The position numbers and the translations under genes were made by a program. Shown here in pieces: positions 35,302-64,000 of a DNA stretch of 64,000 bases. The DNA is from Chrysomallon squamiferum (lineage: Eukaryota; Animalia; Mollusca). The notes under the pieces are model-generated. The model had not been told where the DNA came from, did no database searches, and saw only the letters and a list, made by a program, of their open reading frames with translations. Numbering within the stretch: position 1 is the stretch's first letter; each line of letters starts with the position of its first letter. The stretch lies in NCBI GenBank assembly GCA_012295275.1, contig CM022671.1, forward strand, positions 8,990,001 through 9,054,000, given 5' to 3'.

Positions 35302-36460
35302 TAACAAAACAAGAACAATAAAATAACAATAACAATAACAATAACAAATAAATAAGTAAATAAATAAATAATAACAAAAATAATAACAATAACCACGACG
35401 ATGACAACGACGACAACAGTATAATAATAATGATGTTGATAATGATGATGATGATGATAATAAAAATTTGTATTCTCTGTAACGCCACAAACAATGATTT
35501 GTTTCAAAAACTGACTGATCTTCCGACATTTGACAGCACAAACCACGCCTCCAACCACGCCTCCAGATATTAAAATAATAATAAAAAAACAAGCTGTTTT
35601 CTTATCTTCAGCTGTCATATATATCTTTTAATCAGAAATAACAACACAGTAGGAGTTAATACAGTCTGTTTTCCTGACGTCAGCTTTCAAAACTGTAGGC
35701 GTTTGCAATAAATTTGTTCGAAAACTTTCGCGTACTAAATAACATCCAACATATACACTGCTTTATTTATACATCTAAATAATATCTTCTGTTAATTAAG
35801 ATAATTTTATCATATCACGAAATTAGATGAACGTTTTTGTGACGTCATTTCATAGATTATCATTATTATTGTTGTGTTGTTGTTGTTGCTGTTGCTGCTG
35901 TTATTGCTGTTGTTGCAGATATCAGAAATGAACGATAAAATGTGTTTGTTTTTTTAGTGTGATCCACAGTTAGAACAGCATTTTACATTGCGACCTAGTA
36001 TTCCTGTGTGTAACTAATTACATAACACTCTACCAGTTTGTTCTTTATTTACTAGTGACACGTTATAATGTTTTCTATTAAGCTACATATCTCTATTTTT
36101 CTCAAGAATTTATATACTATAATTGCATCTATTTATCCATACATATTTATGTATGTATGTATGTATGTATGTATGTATGTATGTATGTATGTATGTGTGT
36201 GTGTGTGTGTCTGCACGTATGTCAGTAAGTCTGTATGTATGTTAATACTTTTTTTTTATTCAGTTAATTGAATTTCGTTACAGAAATCAGGCAAAGAAAA
36301 CATCTGTTATTTAGCTCATTTTCCTCGTTTAATCTTGACTTCATCGCTTGATCTGTCATTTATCCTCGTGTTAATCTTGACTTCATCGGTAGCAGATGAG
36401 AGAGATGGAGAGAGAGAGAAAGATAAAGAGATGGAGAGAGATAAAAAAATAAACGGAGGG

Positions 36461-36510
<50 letters not shown>

Positions 36511-36529
36511 ATAAAATAATAAAATGCTG

Positions 36530-36617
<88 letters not shown>

Positions 36618-37488
36618 ATAATAAAATAATAAAATAAAACAAAATAAAACAAAATAAAATATTCGTTAAACAAACAAAGTAACTAATAAATACAAACCGA
36701 TGTACACGTGTATACGCATAAATTCGCACGCATACATTCACAAAAGCGCACACACAGACATTCTTAGACATGCGAGATCAATTTGTTCAGTGGGCAACAC
36801 AAACACCTACTCAGACTGAATCCACCTTGCAGCTTGCAAGTTAAGATGCATTTAAAAATAATTATGCAGTTTTATTGTTCGTTATTTTATATTTCTTGTA
36901 ATTCTCTGCTGCTATTAATATCAGGAATACTTCGATGTAGAAATGAGTTCTAATTTCCCATAAATAATGAATAGTTATTAATATCGTACAAAATTAAAAT
37001 TATTACATTGTTTATAATTATAAATTTAATAAGTAAATTTAATAATAGCATACAAATATACACGTACACACACATACATACATATGAACGCATAATACAC
37101 ACACAATATGTACACATATACAGATGTACACATACACATACGTAGGTACGTTTAAGAATATTATCTAAATTAAAAAAGTCAGGCCTTTGTCTTGGTCACT
37201 GCTGGCATTGGTAATTGATCACATAACATAATTACTGCTGCTTACACACACATACATACATACATACATACATACATACATACATACATACATACATACA
37301 TACATACATACATACATACATACATACATACATACGTACGTACATACATACATACATACATACATACATACATACATACATACATACATACATGTGTGTG
37401 TATTTATTTATTGAATATATTGTGTGTGTGTGTATTTATTTATTGAATATACACACAAATAAACACAAATATATATATATATGTGTGT

Positions 37489-37761
37489 CAGGCCCGTACG
37501 CAGAACTTTATATGCGGATGCGTAATTACTCGAAAATTTCAAAATCTACAATGCAGGAGATGAGTTTAACCGTTTTTTGGGAAGCAGCTGTCAGGGGAGA
37601 TAATGAAGTTAGTGTCTATCAGAACAGACCCGCCATAACTGAGAAAACATCGTCGAACAAATCTTCTTCTTCTTATTTTTTTTAATACTTCCACGCTTGT
37701 AACTCGGCACATTATTGGGAGCGTATAGGCACCCCTCGCACCACCCCTTCGTACGGGCCTA
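37489..37761. mobile_element. Putative MITE / non-autonomous DNA transposon, ~270 bp
   Basis: Perfect 11-bp inverted termini AGGCCCGTACG (37490-37500) and CGTACGGGCCT (37750-37760), with partially complementary subterminal GATGCG / CGCACC; GC-rich relative to the flanking CA/TACA microsatellites. No clear TSD. Confidence 0.65.
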
Positions 37762-38317
37762 CACACCCACTCACACCCACACACACCCACTCACACACAC
37801 CCCCACTCACACACACCTACACCCACACCCATACACCCACACACACCCACTTTGTACGCATGTATACACAGTATATGTATATATGGATGTGTATGGTTAT
37901 GTATATAAGGGTTTTGCTTTTATCAGTGTTTTCACGTGCACACGAATTGCACGGATACGGCGTTACGTTATGTCATTCCTCTGTAATTCCCAGCTAAATC
38001 TTGCCGGGAGAGTTAAAGCGTAGCAACTGTGGATCTCGTAATGCAAGCATGAACACAGGCGTAATATCACAGACTTGAACAGTCGCCATGACGTGAATAC
38101 CACAACCACAGTCACAACGTGGCGATACAGAACTGATTCATCACAAACACGTGATGACAAACGAATAGAATTCAAGTGAAAGACTAAAATTAAAATTTGT
38201 ATATAACGGAACAAACGAAATGAATACGTAATTTATTTATTTGTCCACATTTATTTATTTATTTATTTATTTATTTTTTTTTTTTTTTTTTTTTTTTTTT
38301 GTGGGGTCTTATTATAA

Positions 38318-38351
<34 letters not shown>

Positions 38352-39383
38352 TTAATCTTTTGTTTCTTTACATATTTGTTATTTTTTATGTTGCTTTATG
38401 TCTTTAGGATTATTACAATCATCATCATCACAACATCATTTTTTCCCCTCTTATTTATTTACTGGTTGCTTTATTTATATATTATTTTTTGTTTGTTTAT
38501 TTATTGATTTATTTTCTTAATTGATCAGTGGAAAAAAAAAAAAAAATTAAAAAAAAAAAAAAGCTACAATTTCTGCTCATGAGTCTGTATTTCAAGATAA
38601 TAAAAGATATATTTTAACGTTCGACAATTTCATTAAACAGTTTTTTAAAACATAAAAACTGTATTTCTAAATTTATTGCTATGTTCTCAATAACAGAACA
38701 ATAAAACATGGACATTTCAAGCTGTTTATTAATTTTATATGTTAAAAGCTATTACTACAGTAATTGATCGGGGCATTCAGTGCTTTTATATGTGAAAAAT
38801 TACCCTACTGAATCTTTATAAGTGCAGTTTTCGAGTCATTAATAACTTTTTTAAAGAAATAATTAAGTACCGACATTGATGCTTATTGGCTTGTAGGAAA
38901 ATTTAAAAAAATTAAGTACATTAATAAATGGCAACTCGCTTGTGCTGTTTCGAGTTTTTAATAACTTTATACACCATGTATATATATATATATATACACA
39001 CCCACACGCAAACACATAAAGCAGAGTACCGTAACAAATACCTATTCATCTGTGCGTAGCCTTTCATTCTAACACGAAACTTTATCATTAGTAATTACAG
39101 TTAACAGCCGTAATCTTTTCAGAAGTGCCAGGAAAAGGGAAACTTTATCGTAGTTTTATTAACGTTCTCGTAGCATTAATTACTCTCTTGTTGTAGGGAA
39201 TTAATAAGCGGCCTCAATGACTCTCCGCCCAAACACGAATTTAGGCGTAAGTCTGTTAAAGCTCTCGTTTTTACCCCTATAGTTTTTTTCTTTCTCTCTC
39301 TTTTATCCAGCGGTTCAGCCTGTGTGAACGTAATATAAGCACAGGGGGTTAGAGAGAGAGTGAGTTTAAGCGCACGGTGCCCT

Positions 39384-39396
39384 GTCACATAGCAAC
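39384..39396 (+). promoter_or_regulatory. RFX X-box-like motif
   Basis: GTCACATAGCAAC resembles the X-box consensus GTNRCC(N0-3)RGYAAC, ~125 bp upstream of ATG 39521 in a CpG-enriched segment. Confidence 0.55.
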
Positions 39397-39520
39397 AGTG
39401 AAGGTAGCTCTGACATTCGGCTTGTAATAATCGCTTTGGGAATTGTTAATCAGTTCATTTTATCGTCGTATAATCGAGATATCGAAAACCCCGTCTGTGA
39501 TCTCAAACACTCTGAACAAA

Positions 39521-57897
<18,377 letters not shown>

Positions 57898-60020
57898 TAA
57901 CGTTGAAAGCAAACATCAGCAACACGAGCGAACAACATACACATATTTTAACACATCTTCAGATGTATGTTTGGCTTGTTAACACTGTCGAGATACGATT
58001 AGGCATATTACAGCAGAAGCAAAATGATTAAATATGAAAAAAATTAATACAAGAATTCTGCCATTAAAATTAATGTTGCAAAGAAATTTGAAAATGAAAA
58101 ACATTTTCGATTTTTCATCATTATTCTGACAGACTGCTGAATAGTTTTCGTTTCCGAAATAAGAAACGTTTTATTATTATTATAATTTCTTTACCCATTT
58201 TTCTTTCTCCTTTTCGTGTTTTCGATAACACTGATTGTTTCTTTTGATTTCGAAAAGAAATATTGTTTGTATATTTTTATTTAGCTAAACAGAACACTTC
58301 GATGGTTGATATTTATTTTGGAGTATTTAATCATGTACATATGTAGTTATTTATATTGTGAATTTTTTAACTTAGTGTGATAATTATTTTAATGCCAAAA
58401 GAGGAAAACAAAATATCCGTCCATTATTTTTCCATTCTTCAAAATACTTCAAAGCATGGGTCTGTGATGACGGTAATATATCAATAACAAATAATGCAAA
58501 GATTGTAATAGAACGCGTTTAAAATTGTAACGTCATATTTGATTGGTCGATGGGATGGTTCATTATCCAATGGGAGAAAGCATTTTCAAAATAAAACAAT
58601 AACATTCAAATAACGGGAGAAAATTTTAGATGTATTTTAGAAGTTTTTTAGATGTGTTAATGAAAGTAGTTTGTTTGTAGTACGTAGTAATGGATTTAGA
58701 ACACTTAACAAAAATCGTTTTTAATTTGTTCATTACAACTTGTTTATTTTACCATGAAAGTAGAAATTAAGTAATTGAATTATAACGGCTACGTAATAAA
58801 TAAATAAATAAATTAGTATAATTTAATTAAATATGCAATTAAAAAATGAATGAATACATGAATAAATAAAATATAATAAAATATATAAATAAATAATAAT
58901 TTTAAAATATTAAATAAATAAATAAATTAATAAAATATAATAAAATAATAGCTTTGGATGAATTATTCAAATGTAACAAGTGAAAGTGAGTAACACCTCT
59001 AAAATGTTTCATACATTTAAATTTTGAACTAAACAAAAAGTTGATCTGTTTTTCACTTTGATCAGTTTTTCACTCCATTAAATTTCTCAATCTTTTATTT
59101 TAACAACAACAACCAAAAAAAAAAAATAAAAAAAAAAAAAAATAAAAAAATAAATAAAAAATAAATAAATAAATAGTTTTAAAAATGACAAAAAAAAATA
59201 AAATAAAAAATAAAAAAATAAATAAAATAAAAATAATGATAATAAAAAATAAAATAAAAAAAAAAATAAAAAATATGATAATTCTATAAATAAATTATTG
59301 TTATTATTTGTTTATCTTCAGCACTAACTATTAATTTACATGTGTGTGAACGCACGGTTTGTTGTTACCGTATTACTGTTATTACAAATAACAGTAGTTA
59401 TTTGAATCATAGCACTTTAACTGTTATTAGTAATAACACTTTACTATTCGTGGTTTTCAAAAGCTTTTAATAATTATTATTTTTGAAATAATTATTTATA
59501 ACGAAAAGGTTCCAAGCACAGTTTTAATAGTAAATAGTGCTCAGATTATCTATCTGTACATACAGTCTTAGCGATTTTAGATTTGCCGTGGATTTGTCGA
59601 AATATATAGCTGGGGTGCATGGATGTTGGTACTTTGTGCGAGGCAGCCTAAAAACCTACCCCTTTACCAAGTCAGTATTAAAAAGCTCTGTAAATAATAG
59701 TGTGCTGCACATTTATGTTAGAGTGTTAGTGTTGTAAAAAAGAAAAACAAAATCTACTTTCTTGTTTTAGTTTGAAAATTTGTATACTGATCAGAAATCG
59801 TCATATTGTAAAAAAAAAAAAAAAAATGTTTGTATTAGTATAAAAACTCTGAAACAACTTTGAAATATGAATAAATGTTTGTTTTTTAAAAAAAATGTTT
59901 GGTTCTGTTATTTGTTATTGTTTTTGAGAATGTAGGGGGAGAGATTTTTGTTTATTTTATTTTATTTATTGTCGTTTCTTATTTTTTCTTTCTTATTCTC
60001 TATTAAATAAATTTAATTAG

Positions 60021-60056
<36 letters not shown>

Positions 60057-60065
60057 TACTACTAT

Positions 60066-60145
<80 letters not shown>

Positions 60146-60462
60146 ATAATAATAATAAAAAAACATTCCAGTATTTGTTTTTGTGTTTTTCTTTCTTTTA
60201 TTATTGTTGTTTTTAATTTTATTTTTTTATCATCATCATCATCATTTATATTATTATTACTATTATTATTGTTCATATTATTAACATACAAAGGGTTGAA
60301 AGGAGGCAAGGTTATTTCAAAATTTACAAATTATAAATGATGTAACAGTTTAAAATATTCATTTGTAGCTCACCCAGTTACTTTTTACTTTTCTTCTCTA
60401 AAATATCTTTCTTTTGAATTTGATTTTTTTCCTCGTTAATATTATGACTATTATTATTATTA

Positions 60463-60508
<46 letters not shown>

Positions 60509-61327
60509 AAATAAAATATATCACAATACATATCCGAACTACATTGATAATACCGAAATTGACGATATATATATATATATATTTTTTTTATATACAAAGA
60601 TTTTATTTGAAAAATATAAAATATTAATATCTATTCCAATAGCAACAGTATCCACTGAATGAATTTGTTTGTGTGTACGGTTCCAGTTTGAAGTCTACCG
60701 ACATCGTTGTGATCAAAAATATTACTGACTTCAAAGACATCAGTTTTTGCCTCATTTAAAACAAAAAGTCTAGTTACGGCTATACATTCAGTATTTTATT
60801 TTTTAAATATTTTCAAAACGTTTGTATTCGCGATATTCTGTCAAAAAAATAAGAACTCGAGAGTTACTTCCCTTCGTGCTTGATACGCATGATCACTGAC
60901 TTCTTGAGTTTTTCTGAACTTCATCAATAACAGTAACTTTCCTTGCATTTATTTCTAATAATTGACATTTTGAGAAGAAAGTGTAAGTGATGTGAATGTT
61001 AAAACAACATATCTTTTGAGAAACGATATAAAGTTAGGTCAAATAAAACTAATGACCTACTGCATGGATTATTATGTAAATATTATCATAATCTTCATAA
61101 GGATCGTCATTATCAACATTATTCCTATTAGTATTTGTATTAGCATTACGCTAAAAACAACAAAACAAGATATACTTTATGCATAGTATCTGTTTATTTA
61201 GATTCCAGTTATGAAGATAATTAAAAAAAAAAAAAAAAAAACTTGACGAAAACATTTTATATTTAAAAAGAAGAAAATTGTTTCCTAAATTAACCTATGT
61301 TATGAAATAAGTACTTTATATATTAGT

Positions 61328-61385
61328 GTCACGTGCCCTCAACTCCACAGTGACAATCTGGATCGCGATCACGTGATCACGTGAC
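61328..61385. promoter_or_regulatory. Cluster of CACGTG E-boxes in nested palindromes
   Basis: GTCACGTG (61328) and GATCGCGATCACGTGATCACGTGAC (61361-61385), containing two overlapping TCACGTGA boxes. Confidence 0.4.
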
Positions 61386-61970
61386 TACGACTTATAATGT
61401 TATCGCTGTTATTAAGTCCGCTAATGATGAAAAGTTTGAAAATATAAACTGTTCTTACGTTATAAGAACACTTTGTTAAATTAAATATTGAATTAATTAA
61501 ATAATAGTTTTATTTAATTAATTAAATGCAATATGTTTGTGTTGTAGCTGCCACATAAATCGTTCTGATAACGAATGGCAGGTTTTTCGGTTTTTAATTA
61601 TTCTTATTTTTTTAATGAAAATGAAATAACGAGGATGGGAGCAAAATGAAAAGAATTAATTTTTCTTTTAGATGTAAAACATTCATAATACATCTGGATA
61701 TCTGCTTTTTATTTTTAATTTTTACTTTTCATTAATTAACGGATGTTTTAATTAATATTGTTGTAATCTTTAAAAAACTGTTGGAATTAGTGAAAGTATT
61801 AATATCATTGAATGGCTTTAAGGAATAAAATGGACATATTTCATCATTATTTTATTACATTAAGTATACTTTTTAATCTTTTTTTTTTTCTCTTTTTTTT
61901 TTGCAAAGCATAGGTTCCTTTTTTCAAAATACGAAGTTAAGGACTGTTATTAAATTCTAAAGCGGAACAG

Positions 61971-62001
<31 letters not shown>

Positions 62002-62883
62002 AATAAATATATATATATATATATATATTTGAGTTTTACACTAAATACTTATACTCTAAATGTGACATTGCGGAGTCCGAGATCCTTTTCTGACTATTTG
62101 AAAGGGGAAAAAATAATACAAAATTATAAAATAAAGAACTAAATGAAGGAATAAAGAAATAAATGAGTGAAAAGCAAACTTGTACTATCCCTAGCTGTAC
62201 ACATGTAATAAAATCAACAATTTCAATAAATAAATAAATAAATATATATACAATTGTTTGACAATTTTAGACTTTTTAACCTCTAAATCGACATTCGTCA
62301 AAGTTTAATAGAATATCTAAATCAGATCTTTCTGTCCGTACATGGGTCAGCCGGATAATTTTCTTTTTTTAAAATTATTTTGTACAAGACAACAACTGTC
62401 CATATATGTATATAAAGAAATACAAATGTATTTAAATAAGATTAATAATATTTACAAGTTACAGAAACGCTAACGAAATTGGACTGTGTCAGTTTTGTAA
62501 AATATATATATATATATATATATATATTCAGTTTCTGACCAACCACCACGTAAATTACCAACCCATTCATAATTTAATATTTTGCATTTTTACCAAAATC
62601 TTATACAAAATCTTATATAAAATATTGAAGAGAAAGAAAAAAAAATCTACACCATAAAAATCTCTCGAAAAAGATGTTACAAAAATAAAATTTGGTATGA
62701 AATGACTATACTACAAACATGATCGTATGAATTTACACAACAAATATATGTCCTTGTCTTATACACTTTTTTTTTGCACTTACAGTAAATTAATGAAGCG
62801 TTGACCTTTTTTTTTTTCTTAAAAAAAAGTTATCCTTTTTCTTTCTTTTTCTTTGTTTTGTTTTTGCTTTAAAATGGTTACTT

Positions 62884-63389
62884 TTAAGCTCTACACACCA
62901 GACGATTGGTAATGACGTCAGAACAGAAAACCCCTCCCATTTTGCTGTCATTCACCAAGTACGACACAATGGCCGGATCCTGCACGTCTGCCTGATTTAA
63001 CGCCATGGATTTGTCAGTTTCAACGGCGGGTTCGCGCGGCGCTATAGTGGTGGATTTGTTGTTTTTATTTTTATCCTTGCCAGAGTTATTCGAGGCTTTC
63101 CCACTGGAAGACTTGTTGTTCTGCTTCTGTAAATTGTATTCGTTTCTGATGTCCTCGATATCGAAGAAAGCCTCGTGGATCACGGATCCACCGTGAATAG
63201 CTTCAGTGAATCTGTCAATATCTCTCTTTATTTCTTCCATCAAGTCTTCAGTGATTTCTGGTTCTTCGACCTTCTTTCCGTTGTTTGTCTCGAACTCTGA
63301 CAAACTGCAGTTGGTGGAAGCGTCAACCTTTCGTAACATTTAAGTAAATATAAAAATTAATTAAGTAACTATTTTTCTGAATAATTTTC

Positions 63390-63442
<53 letters not shown>

Positions 63443-63954
63443 GTAGACATGATGTCATCTCGTAGAACGTAAATATTTCTAAATATTCAAGGCCATAAAT
63501 TATTAATTCAAAATTATATAGTTTCCAAAATTTGTATTTTGCCAGAATTGCCATGTCACATGTAAGCCAACTGTCAAGCCAACTGTCTTGCCGAATAATG
63601 CCAGATAAATGTAGCTACTAACTGGAACAATTATTATTGGGAAAAGCAGAATATATTTAGAAGTGTATTTGAGATATTTCTTTGTAAGGAAAAAATCAGT
63701 ATGCATTCGTACACATTCTTTAACAGTCTGTGTTATCACACTGGCGCTATGTATTCGATCTTACCATTTTGGGCATGGCCTTGGCTCTCAGTGCTTCTAT
63801 GACAGACGACATTGGGTAATTGAGGGTCACGTCCCGTTGAATCAGTGCGATGACGTAGATAGGACATCGGCAGTTAGGACAGCCAATCGTCAAGTCGTGC
63901 ACGTTAATCTGTGGCTTGTTGCGTTTGGCGTGCTTACCCATTTCTAACAGACAA
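62884..63954 (-). CDS. 3' part (last two coding exons) of a probable RING-finger protein; 5' end outside the window
   Basis: Exon 63954-63765 (TTTCAG| ... ATG|GTAAGA) encodes CLLEMGKHAKRNKPQINVHDLTIGCPNCRCPIY..LNYPMSSVIEALRAK, resembling the second half of a RING domain (C...CPxCR followed by NxxLxxxxE-like helix); exon 63327-62884 continues in phase (VDASTNC...TNRLVCRA*). Confidence 0.7.
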
Positions 63955-64000
63955 CTGAAACATAAATAAACTGTCAGTACAGGTAATATAAAATAAACTG

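Noticed and set aside
35480-35618. Minus-strand MTAEDKKTACFFIIILISGGVVGGVVCAVKCRK, resembling a TM segment plus basic stop-transfer
   Set aside because: Hydrophobic part derives from an A/T-rich tract plus a duplicated CCACGCCTCCA (GC-box-like) motif; the ORF runs into microsatellite and no flanking splice sites were found.

Overview
AT-rich, microsatellite-laden eukaryotic (animal, probably molluscan/lophotrochozoan; inferred from composition only) genomic DNA with GT-AG spliced genes, so most ORF-track entries are simple-repeat artefacts. Manual exon stitching gives: SLC25A26-like mitochondrial SAM carrier (+, 9 coding exons, 1264-5324), monoglyceride lipase (+, 8 exons, 6421-10545), a glycine N-acyltransferase-like GNAT (-, 6 exons, 16665-13990), an uncharacterised ~995-aa signal-peptide, multi-pass membrane protein (+, 2 exons, 18832-27341) whose intron carries a deleted Tigger/pogo transposon, and the 3' end of a RING-finger gene (-, 63954-62884). 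Two genes that the ORF track does not show as such were reconstructed in the apparent 35-kb 'desert': a 65-aa secreted, Cys-containing coiled-coil peptide (-, 3 exons, 32696-31000, with TATA/Inr and polyA signal) and a 128-aa basic protein spread over 18 kb (+, 5 exons, 39521-57897) with an RFX X-box-like promoter and candidate alternative first exons. Several minisatellites (one with a 12-monomer higher-order repeat), a MITE and many microsatellites fill the rest. All gene models were read by eye; no database search was run.
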